The notes below the pieces were generated by a model. The model was not told where the DNA came from and made no database searches. It saw only the letters and a program-made list of their open reading frames with translations. A stretch of DNA of 64,000 nucleotides, taken from the NCBI RefSeq assembly GCF_988242995.1, contig NZ_OZ547043.1; one strand, written 5' to 3'. Numbering within the stretch: position 1 is the first letter of the stretch; each line of letters begins with the position of its first letter. Shown in pieces: positions 24,702 through 36,687 of this stretch. The translations under genes were made by a program, and so were the position numbers.

Positions 24702-25934
24702 TTATGCCGCCAGCACGCGGTTGCGTCCATCATTTTTCGCCCGATACAAAGCATCATCAACGCGTTTAAACAGTTCATCGATGCTTTCATTTCCTTCGTG
24801 ATGCGCCACACCAATGCTGACGGTAAAGCGTGGTAAGCCTGAAATACTCACTTTTGCCACGCTTACGCGGATAGTTTCAGCCAGCGAAAGCGCGGTATCC
24901 AGTGGGGTTCTTGGTAGCAATAAGACAAACTCTTCGCCTCCCCAACGAAACACCAAATCGCCTTTGCGAGCGCAACTTTCGAGAGTGCGGGCGAGGGCGC
25001 ATAACACCTCATCACCTTTAGAATGCCCATAGAGATCGTTAATGTGTTTAAAACGATCTGTGTCGATGAGCAATAAGCTGTAATCCTGAGCGATGGCGAG
25101 GTGCTGCATTTGGCCTGGCTCGGTAATGTGATAAAACTGTCGCCGATTCAGTAATCCGGTCATCGCGTCATGGTGGGCAGCATGTTCCAGCTGCTCCTCC
25201 AGCCGTTTTTGCTCAGTAATATCATGCACAATACATAACATGAGCTTGTCGCCATAAATTTCAATCGGCCCGGCATAGGTCTGCACATGACGAGTCGAAC
25301 CATCCGCCAGTTTATGAACAAAATTCAAAGGCTTATGACCGCCTGGTAAATGCGAAATTTCATGCATGATAGGCATGACGCGACGCCCGAGCATATTTAT
25401 TTCCCAGGTATGTTTCTGGCACATCGTTTCATGGTTATAACCATAGAAATTGAGCGCGGCGAGGTTAGCATCGACGATTTGGCCATCTCGTGAGGGGTCA
25501 ATCAACAACATTGGTGCAGAGTTAGTCAGAAAAAAGCGCGCATAAAAACCTTGTTTTTTGCGCTGATAATTTGCCGAGCGACTGGCTTTTAAACCCAGCG
25601 TTGCCGGCGCTTCGATACCTTCGAAAATAATCACCGGTTCTGCTTCTGTCAGCTCTCGCAAAACAAGCCGACAGCTCAATGCTGTTTCCTCTTCATTGCG
25701 CTGAACGGTGAGGATTTCGATAATATCGTGTTGGTTTTGCAGATCGGAGAGGTATTTCGGCAGTTCTTTTTGTGAGGAGACGGAATAGGGACCGGTTCGT
25801 AGCTGACTAAACGTGAGGTCTTGCATCAACAGTCGCGCCGCGCTGTTGGCATAAATTAACTGTTCCTCAAATGGCGAAACGATCCAGACAGGACTGGTGA
25901 GTAAGTCCAGGGTATTGAAGTTGTGCGTAATCAT
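24702..25934 (-). CDS. dgcM: Diguanylate cyclase DgcM (YdaM), PAS-GGDEF
   Basis: 410 aa from MITHNFNTLDLLTSPVWIVSPFEE; GGEEF motif RWGGEEFVLLL. Confidence 0.9.
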   Translation of the reverse strand: MITHNFNTLDLLTSPVWIVSPFEEQLIYANSAARLLMQDLTFSQLRTGPYSVSSQKELPKYLSDLQNQHDIIEILTVQRNEEETALSCRLVLRELTEAEPVIIFEGIEAPATLGLKASRSANYQRKKQGFYARFFLTNSAPMLLIDPSRDGQIVDANLAALNFYGYNHETMCQKHTWEINMLGRRVMPIMHEISHLPGGHKPLNFVHKLADGSTRHVQTYAGPIEIYGDKLMLCIVHDITEQKRLEEQLEHAAHHDAMTGLLNRRQFYHITEPGQMQHLAIAQDYSLLLIDTDRFKHINDLYGHSKGDEVLCALARTLESCARKGDLVFRWGGEEFVLLLPRTPLDTALSLAETIRVSVAKVSISGLPRFTVSIGVAHHEGNESIDELFKRVDDALYRAKNDGRNRVLAA

Positions 25935-26167
25935 TGAGATCCCGTTATTTTTATCAATTTTTGTTGCTATCCGATCGCAAAAAAGCCACGTCATATGATC
26001 AGATAATTCTGATAATGATAGACGCTATTTAACACTTCACACGGTTTGTATATGGAAAAGCATTTTGCTTTTTGTATTCAATTTAGACAGAATTTTATTA
26101 ATCATTTCAGGGTAATGGGGGGATGAGATGTTGCGTAACAGGGCCAGAAGGCTAGACTACAAAATAA

Positions 26168-27172
<1,005 letters not shown>

Positions 27173-27217
27173 CAAAAGCAATTTTTCCGGCTATCTGTAT
27201 ACAAAAACGCCGCAAAG

Positions 27218-27232
27218 TTTGAGCGAAGTCAA
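27218..27232 (+). promoter_or_regulatory. FNR-binding site of fnrS promoter
   Basis: TTTGAGCGAAGTCAA resembles TTGAT-N4-ATCAA, centred about 41 bp upstream of predicted FnrS 5' end. Confidence 0.6.
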
Positions 27233-27267
27233 TAAACTCTCTACCCATTCAGGGCAATATCTCTCTT

Positions 27268-27389
27268 GCAGGTGAATGCAACGTCAAGCGATGGGCGTTG
27301 CGCTCCATATTGTCTTACTTCCTTTTTTGAATTACTGCATAGCACAATTGATTCGTACGACGCCGACTTTGATGAGTCGGCTTTTTTTT
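27268..27389 (+). ncRNA. fnrS: FNR-activated small RNA FnrS
   Basis: GCAGGUGAAUGCAACGUCAAGCGAUGGGCGUUGCGCUCCAUAUUGUCUUACUUCCUUUUUUGAAUUACUGCAUAGCACAAUUGAUUCGUACGACGCCGACUUUGAUGAGUCGGCUUUUUUUU; intrinsic terminator; zntB-dbpA intergenic. Confidence 0.85.
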
Positions 27390-27446
27390 GCCTGTTATTT
27401 ATCAGCGTCTACCCTTTAAGAGTCCACCCAATGACCGGAGGGAAAT

Positions 27447-27620
27447 ATGACGACACTTATTTATTTGCAAATTCCTGTCCCTGAACCGATTCCTGGCGAT
27501 CCTGTTCCAGTGCCCGATCCGATCCCTCGCCCGCAACCCATGCCTGACCCACCACCCGATGAAGAACCGATTAAATTGTCGCATCGTGAGCGTAGATCTG
27601 CGAGGATACGCGCCTGCTAA
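27447..27620 (+). CDS. Candidate small proline-rich protein (57 aa), unverified
   Basis: ATG preceded by GGAGGG at spacing 5; MTTLIYLQIPVPEPIPGDPVPVPDPIPRPQPMPDPPPDEEPIKLSHRERRSARIRAC. Confidence 0.35.
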   Translation: MTTLIYLQIPVPEPIPGDPVPVPDPIPRPQPMPDPPPDEEPIKLSHRERRSARIRAC

Positions 27621-27649
27621 CTTTGCGTCGATGACCACGAGAATAGATT

Positions 27650-29023
27650 GTGACCGCTTTTTCTACCCTGAATGTTTTGCCTCCCGCCCAACTCACGAAC
27701 CTTAATGAGTTGGGTTATTTAACCATGACGCCGGTGCAGGCCGCCGCGCTTCCGGCGATCCTTGCCGGAAAAGATGTTCGCGTGCAGGCGAAAACCGGCA
27801 GCGGCAAAACGGCGGCTTTTGGCCTCGGCTTGTTACAGCAAATTGATGCGTCGCTATTTCAAACCCAGGCTTTAGTGCTGTGTCCTACGCGTGAACTGGC
27901 GGATCAGGTGGCAGGTGAATTGCGTCGGCTGGCGCGTTTTCTGCCAAATACCAAAATTTTGACGTTGTGCGGTGGTCAACCGTTCGGTATGCAGCGTGAT
28001 TCGTTGCAACATGCGCCGCATATTATCGTGGCAACGCCGGGCCGTTTGTTGGATCATCTGCAAAAAGGCACGGTATCACTGGATGCGTTGAATACGCTGG
28101 TGATGGATGAGGCCGACCGCATGCTGGATATGGGATTTAGCGACGCCATTGATGATGTCATCCGTTTTGCGCCTGCATCTCGACAGACGCTTCTGTTTTC
28201 GGCAACCTGGCCGGAAGCCATCGCCGCAATCAGCGGACGAGTGCAACGCGATCCTTTGGCGATTGAAATTGACTCAACAGATGCTTTGCCACCCATTGAA
28301 CAACAATTTTATGAGACATCCAGTAAAGGCAAAATTCCTCTGTTGCAACGGTTATTAAGCTTGCATCAGCCATCCTCTTGTGTGGTGTTTTGCAATACCA
28401 AAAAAGATTGCCAGGCTGTCTGCGACGCGCTGAATGAAGTAGGGCAAAGTGCATTGTCGTTACACGGCGATCTGGAGCAACGTGATCGCGATCAGACCCT
28501 GGTACGTTTTGCTAACGGTAGCGCCCGTGTACTGGTTGCGACTGATGTTGCTGCGCGAGGTCTGGATATTAAATCGCTTGAGCTGGTGGTGAACTTTGAG
28601 CTGGCGTGGGATCCTGAAGTTCATGTGCATCGCATCGGTCGTACAGCGCGTGCAGGAAATAGCGGTCTGGCGATCAGTTTCTGTGCCCCGGAAGAAGCAC
28701 AGCGGGCCAATATCATTTCTGACATGTTGCAGATAAAACTTAACTGGCAAACGCCGCCAGTTAATAGTTCCATTGTGCCGCTGGAAGCCGAAATGGCAAC
28801 GTTATGTATCGATGGCGGGAAAAAAGCCAAAATGCGCCCGGGTGATGTATTAGGTGCGCTGACAGGAGATATCGGGCTTGATGGCGCAGATATTGGCAAA
28901 ATCGCCGTGCATCCGGCGCATGTCTATGTCGCGGTGCGTCAGGCTGTTGCTCATAAAGCATGGAAACAGTTACAGGGCGGGAAGATTAAAGGAAAAACGT
29001 GCCGGGTGCGGTTATTAAAATAA
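27650..29023 (+). CDS. dbpA: ATP-dependent RNA helicase DbpA (DEAD-box)
   Basis: 457 aa; AKTGSGKT Walker A, DEAD box (VMDEADRM), SAT. Confidence 0.95.
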   Translation: MTAFSTLNVLPPAQLTNLNELGYLTMTPVQAAALPAILAGKDVRVQAKTGSGKTAAFGLGLLQQIDASLFQTQALVLCPTRELADQVAGELRRLARFLPNTKILTLCGGQPFGMQRDSLQHAPHIIVATPGRLLDHLQKGTVSLDALNTLVMDEADRMLDMGFSDAIDDVIRFAPASRQTLLFSATWPEAIAAISGRVQRDPLAIEIDSTDALPPIEQQFYETSSKGKIPLLQRLLSLHQPSSCVVFCNTKKDCQAVCDALNEVGQSALSLHGDLEQRDRDQTLVRFANGSARVLVATDVAARGLDIKSLELVVNFELAWDPEVHVHRIGRTARAGNSGLAISFCAPEEAQRANIISDMLQIKLNWQTPPVNSSIVPLEAEMATLCIDGGKKAKMRPGDVLGALTGDIGLDGADIGKIAVHPAHVYVAVRQAVAHKAWKQLQGGKIKGKTCRVRLLK

Positions 29024-29067
29024 TGAAATGTTGAATTGCAGGGTGCAAGAGTAAACATCTTCTTCGG

Positions 29068-29140
29068 GATTGCCGGATGCGACGCTGGCCGCGTCTTATC
29101 CGGCCTCCATAAGAGTAGCCCGATAAGCTTGCGCATCGGG
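29068..29140. repeat. REP (repetitive extragenic palindromic) element(s)
   Basis: GCCGGATGCGACGCTGGCCGCGTCTTATCCGGCCT motif between convergent dbpA and ttcA. Confidence 0.7.
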
Positions 29141-29151
29141 CGCTATCCTGG

Positions 29152-30087
29152 TTATTTCACTTCAACCACATTCAGTCGTAACTCATCCAACTGATTTTCA
29201 TCTTCTTCAGGCTGCCAACCCGCCGGTTGTAGAGGGAGCTCTTCGCGATCAAACGCCAGATCACCCCCGTTAACAACTTCAGAACCGTGGGTAATGCCTT
29301 TGAAATCGAACAGGTTGGTATCGCACAGATGCGACGGCACCACATTCTGCATCGCGCTGAACATCGTCTCGATACGCCCCGGATAACGTTTATCCCAATC
29401 ACGCAACATGTCAGCAATCACCTGACGTTGCAGGTTAGGCTGTGAACCGCACAGGTTGCACGGAATAATCGGGAACGCTTTTGCATCGGCAAAGCGCTGA
29501 ATATCTTTCTCGCGGCAGTAGGCCAGCGGACGAATCACAATATGCTTGCCATCATCGCTCATCAGTTTCGGAGGCATACCTTTCATCTTGCCGCCGTAGA
29601 ACATATTTAAGAACAACGTTTGCAGGATATCGTCACGATGGTGACCCAGCGCGATCTTCGTCGCTCCCAGTTCCGTTGCGGTACGATAAAGGATACCGCG
29701 ACGAAGACGAGAACACAGTGAGCAAGTGGTTTTGCCCTCTGGAATTTTCTCTTTCACGATACCGTAAGTGTTCTCTTCCACAATCTTGTACTCAACGCCC
29801 AGCTTTTCAAGATACTCGGGCAGAACGTGTTCCGGGAAGCCCGGTTGCTTTTGATCGAGGTTAACAGCCACCAGCGAAAAATTGATTGGCGCGCTTTGCT
29901 GCAAATTGCGCAGAATCTCCAGCATGGTATAGCTGTCTTTACCCCCGGAGAGGCAAACCATGATGCGATCGCCTTCTTCAATCATATTGAAGTCAGCAAT
30001 GGCTTCGCCCACGTTACGACGCAGACGTTTTTGTAATTTGTTCAGGTTGTATTGTTCTTTCTTTGTAATTTGTTGATTTTCTTGCAT
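29152..30087 (-). CDS. ttcA: tRNA 2-thiocytidine(32) synthetase TtcA
   Basis: 311 aa with PP-loop SGGKDS and CxxC motifs; 5' end abuts prophage integrase. Confidence 0.93.
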   Translation of the reverse strand: MQENQQITKKEQYNLNKLQKRLRRNVGEAIADFNMIEEGDRIMVCLSGGKDSYTMLEILRNLQQSAPINFSLVAVNLDQKQPGFPEHVLPEYLEKLGVEYKIVEENTYGIVKEKIPEGKTTCSLCSRLRRGILYRTATELGATKIALGHHRDDILQTLFLNMFYGGKMKGMPPKLMSDDGKHIVIRPLAYCREKDIQRFADAKAFPIIPCNLCGSQPNLQRQVIADMLRDWDKRYPGRIETMFSAMQNVVPSHLCDTNLFDFKGITHGSEVVNGGDLAFDREELPLQPAGWQPEEDENQLDELRLNVVEVK

Positions 30088-30138
30088 TATTTCAGTTCTC
30101 TGGTACTAAATGGGGCAAATTGGGGGCAAACTTTGCAA

Positions 30139-31374
30139 CTACGATAACCGCGCATTCAACATGGCTATCTGTTCGTCGTTCATGTCATCAATCCACATAC
30201 CGTAAATTTCATACACCATCTGCGCAGTTTCATGCCCCATTTGGCTGGCTATAAATGCCGGGTTCGCTCCTGCCGTCAACAGCCAGCAGGCAAAAGTATG
30301 CCGCGTATGGTACGGATTACGGCGGCGAATACCAGCACGTTTTACTGCTGCATTCCACCTTGCCCCCAAACTGCTTACCGAGTAATAAGGTTTTTGTTTT
30401 CCGTTACACACCCTGGGCATGAAAACAAAATGCAGTTTTTGCTTTTCGGTTCTGCCGTACTCCCGATGATAAAAGGTGATTTCGCTTTTGCGATGATGCC
30501 CGGTCAGTTTGTATTGCTCCTTCAGTGCTTCAAGAGCAGGCTGCAGTAGTGTTACTGTTCGGATCCCGGCATTTGTTTTTGGGGGACCGAACATATCAAG
30601 TATCGTCAGGTTTCTTCTGACATTCACTATTCCCTTTTCGAGATCCACATCCTCCCACGCCAGAGCTGCCAGTTCCCCGTGACGAAGTCCTGAGTAAACG
30701 GCAAATTTCCACAAGTTCTGGCTCTGTCCTTTTTCACTTTCCATTAATGCATTGAATTCTGTTTTAGATAACGGATCAGGCTTTATTCTGTTTCGCTGTA
30801 ATTTTTTTACTCCTTCAAATGGTTTGGTTGATATAAATCCCGACTGATACGCAAAACGCAACAGCGAACAGAGCAGGGCGATATAGTTATCAACTGTGCG
30901 CACGGTTCTTCCTTTTTTGTTGGATCTTGGATTATCCAGGTAAAGCGTTTCTCCATGCAGCAGTTCATTCCGGTAGTTTAAGATATCGCTATAACGAATA
31001 TGTGATATCGGGGTACTTTCACAAATTATTATTCTGAGTGTTTTTAATTGTGATTTCGTTTTCTTCATTGTGTTTGTTGTTAACTCTGTCTCTTTAATTT
31101 TTGTCCAGATATCACAAAGCTCTCCGAACGTTTTTATGACTCTCGTTGTCACCATTTTTGCCCCAGTGCTGGACTGGGGAAAACGTCTTAAATACTCAAA
31201 TTCACCGGAGTTTATTTCATGAACTATCAGCGCTCTTAAATTTCCGGCCTTTTTAATATTACTGTTTGTAATCTCCCAGCCTTTTAATGTTTCCCGACAT
31301 CGTTTTCCTCGAAACATGAACCAGATGCGAATGTATCTACCTCTAATCTCGACACCTGTTGGTAATTTAGACAT
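30139..31374 (-). CDS. intR: Prophage tyrosine integrase
   Basis: 411 aa with C-terminal HTRHTFA...Y catalytic region. Confidence 0.92.
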   Translation of the reverse strand: MSKLPTGVEIRGRYIRIWFMFRGKRCRETLKGWEITNSNIKKAGNLRALIVHEINSGEFEYLRRFPQSSTGAKMVTTRVIKTFGELCDIWTKIKETELTTNTMKKTKSQLKTLRIIICESTPISHIRYSDILNYRNELLHGETLYLDNPRSNKKGRTVRTVDNYIALLCSLLRFAYQSGFISTKPFEGVKKLQRNRIKPDPLSKTEFNALMESEKGQSQNLWKFAVYSGLRHGELAALAWEDVDLEKGIVNVRRNLTILDMFGPPKTNAGIRTVTLLQPALEALKEQYKLTGHHRKSEITFYHREYGRTEKQKLHFVFMPRVCNGKQKPYYSVSSLGARWNAAVKRAGIRRRNPYHTRHTFACWLLTAGANPAFIASQMGHETAQMVYEIYGMWIDDMNDEQIAMLNARLS

Positions 31375-31375
31375 A

Positions 31376-31591
31376 TCATGAGTCTTTGATAAACTGATTT
31401 ATCTTTGGATAGTTGTACCAGATAATCCCTCGTTTGCTGTCTGGCTTACCTAAAGGAGATACTCGTTTGAAGTGGAAGCCCTCCACCCAACAGTTCTGGC
31501 GGTATGCTTCAATTTGTCTGGCCCCCAGACCAGTGCGAAGCATCAGGCCGTATTCAACCATCCACTCTTCATTAAAGATTACTTGTGCCAT
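31376..31591 (-). CDS. xisR: Prophage excisionase-like protein (YdaQ/XisR)
   Basis: 71 aa from [21 protein letters not shown], directly upstream of int. Confidence 0.8.
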   Translation of the reverse strand: MAQVIFNEEWMVEYGLMLRTGLGARQIEAYRQNCWVEGFHFKRVSPLGKPDSKRGIIWYNYPKINQFIKDS

Positions 31592-31669
31592 CGCATCACC
31601 TCTGGCAGGCGCCAATGTTAGACTGAAATTGACGCCCGATGTTGATTATTAATAATCAGCTATGAAGTT

Positions 31670-31879
31670 TTAATTTGAATACAATGCAATTCTCGAGGAC
31701 TGAAGTTTCTCGCAATTAAAATTTATCAGTTTTACTTTCTGCTCTCTGGAAACGCCTGCTTCTTTTTTACCTGAGAGCATTTTTTCGCATTCTGATTTCG
31801 TTAGTTTAGATTTTGAATATCTTGTCCAGTTAGTAGGAGTGCCACCTTCCTTTTCAATAGTGGCGGTAATTTTATACAT
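31670..31879 (-). CDS. ydaC: Rac prophage protein YdaC (DUF1187)
   Basis: about 69 aa from MYKITATIEKEGG; start chosen among alternative Mets, uncertain. Confidence 0.6.
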   Translation of the reverse strand: MYKITATIEKEGGTPTNWTRYSKSKLTKSECEKMLSGKKEAGVSREQKVKLINFNCEKLQSSRIALYSN

Positions 31880-32066
31880 GAACACCTCCATTATTATTTC
31901 CAGTGGTTCGTTTATTCCATCTTTCGAGTGCTTCTTTTTCACTTCCACCATAACCGGTTCGGGATTCGCATCCGTTACACTTCGCTCGGTAATATCCTGA
32001 AATGGCTTTCACCGTTACTGATGGACAACCACAAAATGGACATGGTTTAACATTGTCATATCTCAT
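31872..32066 (-). CDS. ralR: Restriction alleviation protein RalR (Lar), type I TA toxin
   Basis: 64 aa MRYDNVKPCPFCGCPSVTVKAISGYYRAKCNGCESRTGY with zinc-ribbon Cys pairs. Confidence 0.85.
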   Translation of the reverse strand: MRYDNVKPCPFCGCPSVTVKAISGYYRAKCNGCESRTGYGGSEKEALERWNKRTTGNNNGGVHV

Positions 32067-32122
32067 AACTTTTCTCATAAAAAATATTTCAAGTTGGCGG
32101 TGCATTACACCGCCAGGCTGAA

Positions 32123-32932
32123 TTATTCCTCTGAATTATCGATTACACTGTATTCCCCGGTTAATACAGAGGAATCTGCAGGATCGATTGTCAGTGGTTC
32201 CTTTTCATCCATTGATACTGCACGCTGGATCTCAATTGATACGGGCAGATATTTGAACAGGCGACGAATAGCCGTTTTCTTTGCCATTTCTTCCCAGTGA
32301 GTTACCCACGGCCCGTTATTACCAGCTTTACTCAGGCTGCGCACCAGCTCAATCTGTTTGCGCGTCATAACTTCAAACTGAGTACCTCCGTCTTTCAGTC
32401 TTGCGACAGCATAGACGTGGGTAACCGGGGCATCTTCGTTTTCTCCCGGGCGGTGTATTAACTTTTCATCAAGGCCAAATTCGAAGCTAAACTCGTCACC
32501 TTCACGGACAACACGGGCTGACAGGCTGGCGATTTGACCAGAACGGCGAGCCAGATCAATCATGCCGCGATAGCCAATGATTAGCTGAACGTTCTTTTTA
32601 CCGCTCTTTTCGTTTTTATTACCAAAAGGCAGTAAATATGCATGACCGAGGGCGCTACCTGGCTCAAGTCCGAGCTGTGAACACTGTACGATCGCACTGA
32701 CAAAACTCATAGTGTCACAGTTTCCTAACGCCGGAACTTTACGAATTTCTGTAGTGGCGATACGGATCATACGTTCAGCCGTCATATGGCGTGGAAGAGC
32801 TGCTGCCAGTTGCTCTTTCATTGATGGCTGGTTAATAAAGCTAATCACGTCGCTATTTTTAACTGCTGCTGGTGCACGGTTTCCCTGAGTTTTTTGCAGA
32901 TCGGCTTTTGCGATTGGTGGTTGCTTAGTCAT
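32123..32932 (-). CDS. recT: Recombinase RecT (single-strand annealing protein)
   Basis: 269 aa from [21 protein letters not shown]. Confidence 0.93.
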   Translation of the reverse strand: MTKQPPIAKADLQKTQGNRAPAAVKNSDVISFINQPSMKEQLAAALPRHMTAERMIRIATTEIRKVPALGNCDTMSFVSAIVQCSQLGLEPGSALGHAYLLPFGNKNEKSGKKNVQLIIGYRGMIDLARRSGQIASLSARVVREGDEFSFEFGLDEKLIHRPGENEDAPVTHVYAVARLKDGGTQFEVMTRKQIELVRSLSKAGNNGPWVTHWEEMAKKTAIRRLFKYLPVSIEIQRAVSMDEKEPLTIDPADSSVLTGEYSVIDNSEE

Positions 32933-35525
32933 TTGCATATTCCTTAGCCCAGCGGGGCAGTGATAATGTCTTAATAGCTGGCCATTCATCGGTATTCAGG
33001 CAGTCAGACAGGGTTCGCAGATTGCGGTGATATTCCTGTTGACCTGCCAGTTTTGCTTCTTCGCCCATCATGAAAATTTCAACCGGATAACGTCCGCATT
33101 CAATAGTTGTGCTGGCAACCAGAAAAACGAAAGTTGGCTGCACTCCAAACTGTGCTTCATAACCGTCACTGTAGAATGCATCCTGAACGTGATAGCGGTA
33201 GTCGTAATAAGCGGTTTTGAATCGTTGAATATCCGCCGTAGTTTTCACGTCCATGATCCAGTGAAATTCAGGGATAATTTTGTCCGGACGGCACCGACAC
33301 AAAATTCCTGTTTCAGGATCTTCCCAGTAAATTGATGATTCAGCGTGTCCGGCGCTTTCAACAAGCCATTGCCCCAGCGGCAAAGCCATAACGCTTTGAT
33401 ACATGAGTTCAATTTTCCGGCCTTCTTCCGCAGTGATAACCGTTTTTCCTGTGCTTGCGCATTCCATCAGAAACGCTTTCTCTTCTTCTTTTCCGGCGTT
33501 TGTACGGCGGTTAAATTCAGGTGCTACGATAAAGCGGTTACTGAATTCTTCCGGTTCAAGTACCCGGCAGTGGAAAGCAGTTCCTAAATCGAGCGTTTTT
33601 GTCTTTGTGGTGTCCACGGGGGCATTTTTACGCCACAAATATAGTGCCGGAGTATCAGCAATGTCATCGAGCTGAGACTTACTGATACCGGGACCCGCGT
33701 GGTAATTCTCATTCGAAATTCCGTAATAAATACCTGGCTCTATGTCTTCTACGATTACGGGATCTGCGACTTCGCCAGTTTCATCACTGCAATCGTGATG
33801 CGGATCGCTGCCAGCATTCTCATTGTGCGGATGTTCAGCGCCTTCCATTTCCTCCGGATCATTTTCCTTAGCTTCAACCTGACTCTCTTCATCGAATGTT
33901 TCCTGGTATGTTGCGTCGCCCATCACCGCACCACAGTCAGGGCAGTTATCCCCGCCAGTCTGGCCGCAGGCATTGCAGGCTATTTCCGGTTCCTGTTGCA
34001 CTACTGGCTCAGGTTGATTCATATCTGGGCTGGTTTTTTCCGTTTCTGGCTGGTTCTGGTACACACAATCGCGAGTCTGGATCCCCTTTACCCATTTCGG
34101 ATCGTTCGGGTCGCTAATTCCGTCAACAAATTCACCACGTGATGCAGCAAGCAATTTATCGGCATCGACAGGATTTTTTGATGGAATGTTTTTCCGGGCT
34201 TCATGGAGTTCTGCCCACAGTTCCTGATATTTCGCATCAACAGAATTTACCTGTGACTGAGCATCCAGCGGCTGCGTGTCCTGATGATGTTCAGTTGCGT
34301 CCGGTTCCATTGTTTCAGCCTCTCCCTGTTCAACTGCCGTTGTTCCAGATGGTTGCGGTTTTTCTTCATCATCCTGTTTTCCTTCTTCTGTTACTCGCTG
34401 CGGCATCGGGGCAGAGGAGCGACCGCAGGCAATATCCACGATTTCCGGATCAGGGTTGGCATGATCGGTTTCAGTCAGTACTTTGTTCAGATATTCAGTG
34501 ACGTGCGCGGGGATGACCTCGATCCCAATTGGTGCTTCTTTTACGGACGCAACCACGATGGCGCGGGAATAATCCAGCCCGCCAGGCATGGTGATGAATT
34601 TGTCGCGGAAAACAGAAAAGGGCGGTTTATTTTCAGCGATAATTTCCTCAATGCGTTTAGCGTGTGCCGGATGAAGGTTATAGATGTCCAGATCCATTGA
34701 ACGGGCCAGTACGCCAGTGGCTACGTCGCGCGCCAGTGACGTCAGATCGTGTACGAAACCTTCGCCGCGATCGGTGAGGTTTCCGCCGCCAGCATTAGCA
34801 CCGGAAGCCGTGCGAGTGATGTGTGAAACACGATTACCCTTCATCCACTCTTTTGTCAGCAGTCCTCGATCGGTGTAGTCAGCGTTCAGGTATGCTTCGA
34901 AAAAAGCAGTTATCAGTCCCAGGTTTGAATTACCAGGATTAGGGAAAACTTTGTCAGTGTCACGAACCAGTTTGTGGAGTTCGCGAATTTCCAGCGGGTC
35001 GAGCAGGCTGGTTTTGTGGGAAACAGCCAGGGCAGTAACAGCCGGTAGTTCTTCAGCCCGAGCAATGTGTAATGCCTGGAGTCCGTCGCGTGAAACGTGC
35101 GTTACCGGTTTTTCGCTGCCGTGTTGAGCAAGCCAACGAATGGGCAGTTCCTGGCCAGAAATTGGGAGTAGCATATTCTCCTCAATCTCAGTCATGTCTT
35201 CGCCGTTGACGTTGGTATTGCCTTGATAGTGAGCGTTGTCTGGTGCTGCTCCCGGTTTTAGTTCCCATGTCATGGAGTCTTTGCTGAGTTGATAGCGTTC
35301 ACTCCAGGTAAAATCGATCTCACCTTCAGTGGGCAGGTCATTAACGACAGGAAAATTCGTGGCAACAGCTTTAAAATAGCTGCTCAGTTTTTTACCTGAC
35401 TTAACGATCAGGTAGTCCAGAGTGGCACAGGTCGATTCAAAATCGTTGCTTGCCCACAGGACGACGTCAGGTTCACCGGATGATTTTTTCGCTTTCCGTA
35501 ACAGGAAGAGTGGTTTTGTGCTCAT
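32925..35525 (-). CDS. recE: Exodeoxyribonuclease VIII RecE
   Basis: 866 aa full-length; overlaps recT start. Confidence 0.93.
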   Translation of the reverse strand: MSTKPLFLLRKAKKSSGEPDVVLWASNDFESTCATLDYLIVKSGKKLSSYFKAVATNFPVVNDLPTEGEIDFTWSERYQLSKDSMTWELKPGAAPDNAHYQGNTNVNGEDMTEIEENMLLPISGQELPIRWLAQHGSEKPVTHVSRDGLQALHIARAEELPAVTALAVSHKTSLLDPLEIRELHKLVRDTDKVFPNPGNSNLGLITAFFEAYLNADYTDRGLLTKEWMKGNRVSHITRTASGANAGGGNLTDRGEGFVHDLTSLARDVATGVLARSMDLDIYNLHPAHAKRIEEIIAENKPPFSVFRDKFITMPGGLDYSRAIVVASVKEAPIGIEVIPAHVTEYLNKVLTETDHANPDPEIVDIACGRSSAPMPQRVTEEGKQDDEEKPQPSGTTAVEQGEAETMEPDATEHHQDTQPLDAQSQVNSVDAKYQELWAELHEARKNIPSKNPVDADKLLAASRGEFVDGISDPNDPKWVKGIQTRDCVYQNQPETEKTSPDMNQPEPVVQQEPEIACNACGQTGGDNCPDCGAVMGDATYQETFDEESQVEAKENDPEEMEGAEHPHNENAGSDPHHDCSDETGEVADPVIVEDIEPGIYYGISNENYHAGPGISKSQLDDIADTPALYLWRKNAPVDTTKTKTLDLGTAFHCRVLEPEEFSNRFIVAPEFNRRTNAGKEEEKAFLMECASTGKTVITAEEGRKIELMYQSVMALPLGQWLVESAGHAESSIYWEDPETGILCRCRPDKIIPEFHWIMDVKTTADIQRFKTAYYDYRYHVQDAFYSDGYEAQFGVQPTFVFLVASTTIECGRYPVEIFMMGEEAKLAGQQEYHRNLRTLSDCLNTDEWPAIKTLSLPRWAKEYAND

Positions 35526-35624
35526 TGTTTTTTAACCTCAACTCAGATTAAAATTCGTTTTGTTCAGTGAATGATCTTGCCGGATACACACTGTTCATAG
35601 CCTGCGCCATACGCAGGCTATTTC

Positions 35625-36337
35625 TTGTGCACAGAAAACCCCCAGCTAGGCTGGGGGTTCCGGAAAGCTTTCAGCTTTGAGCCAGTTATTAAAACCCCTT
35701 TTGATTTGTTAAAACACTTTGCGGTCTGGCAACTGCAAGTGTCAAACAAGAAATCAAAAGGGGGTCCCAATGGGGAACGAAAAGAGCTTAGCGCACACCC
35801 GATGGAACTGTAAATATCACATAGTTTTTGCGCCAAAATACCGAAGACAGGTGTTCTACAGAGAGAAGCGTAGAGCAATAGGCAGTATTTTGAGAAAGCT
35901 GTGTGAGTGGAAAAGCGTACGGATTCTGGAAGCTGAATGCTGTGCAGATTATATCCATATGCTTGTGGAGATCCCGCCCAAAATGAGCGTATCCGGCTTT
36001 ATGGGATATCTGAAAGGGAAAAGCAGTCTGATGCTTTACGAGCAGTTTGGTGATTTGAAATTCAAATACAGGAACAGGGAGTTCTGGTGCAGAGGGTACT
36101 ACGTCGATACAGTGGGTAAGAACACGGCGAAGATACAGGATTACATAAAGCACCAGCTTGAAGAGGATAAAATGGGAGAGCAGTTATCGATTCCCTATCC
36201 GGGCAGCCCGTTTACGGGCCGTAAGTAACGAAGTTGGATGCAAATGTCAGATCGTGTGCGCCTGTTAGGGCGCGGCTGGTAAGAGAGCCTTATAGGCGCA
36301 TTTGAAAAACCTCCGGCTATGCCGGAGGATATTTATT
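35625..36337 (+). mobile_element. IS200-type insertion sequence, copy A
   Basis: About 711 bp near-identical to copy B; left-end hairpin CCCCCAGCTAGGCTGGGGG, right-end hairpin CCTCCGGCTATGCCGGAGG; contains tnpA. Confidence 0.9.
35770..36228 (+). CDS. tnpA: IS200/IS605 family Y1 (HUH) transposase TnpA
   Basis: 152 aa MGNEKSLAHTRWNCKYHIVFAPKYRRQVFY with HxH motif CADYIHMLVEIPP. Confidence 0.92.
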   Translation: MGNEKSLAHTRWNCKYHIVFAPKYRRQVFYREKRRAIGSILRKLCEWKSVRILEAECCADYIHMLVEIPPKMSVSGFMGYLKGKSSLMLYEQFGDLKFKYRNREFWCRGYYVDTVGKNTAKIQDYIKHQLEEDKMGEQLSIPYPGSPFTGRK

Positions 36338-36613
36338 TCAGATTTCACCTTTTAATTTCATTGCAATTAGAGTTGCCAGAAATTCGGCTTTTTTTTCTGC
36401 GGGCAGATTCTTTCCGATATGCACCAGGCACATTTTTTTGACACCTTCATCAAGTGTTTTTACGTTGCCTGATGGACCATCGATATCAACCACAGTGAAT
36501 GGGGTTTCTTTATTTTCTGTTTTAATTACGTAGCCAATGCGCTTTCCTTCCAGATTCACCTCGTGAACAATGTCATCGGTAGTTACAACAGTGGCTTCAT
36601 AATTGGTAATCAT
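36338..36613 (-). CDS. racC: Rac prophage protein RacC
   Basis: 91 aa from MITNYEATVVTTDDIVHEVNLEGKRIGYVI; stop codon abuts IS200 copy A. Confidence 0.85.
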   Translation of the reverse strand: MITNYEATVVTTDDIVHEVNLEGKRIGYVIKTENKETPFTVVDIDGPSGNVKTLDEGVKKMCLVHIGKNLPAEKKAEFLATLIAMKLKGEI

Positions 36614-36687
36614 GTTTTTCTCCTTAATTAAGGTTGAGCGAATACCTGCCATTTCTGGCATAAATTTAGTTTCGAATAGTCAATTAA

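Noticed and set aside
27402-27638. 78-aa minus-strand ORF in zntB-dbpA intergenic region
   Set aside because: Antisense to the Pro-rich plus-strand candidate and the dbpA leader; no RBS; Arg-rich artefact of reading the GC/Pro-codon-rich strand backwards.
33027-34878. Series of plus-strand ORFs (60-150 aa) inside recE
   Set aside because: All antisense to the 866-aa recE frame; no RBS or coherent domain; spurious.
35618-35878. 86-aa minus-strand ORF spanning the IS200 left end (and its twin at 47909..48292)
   Set aside because: Overlaps the IS200 terminal hairpins and the tnpA start on the opposite strand; reflects the repeated IS sequence, not a gene.
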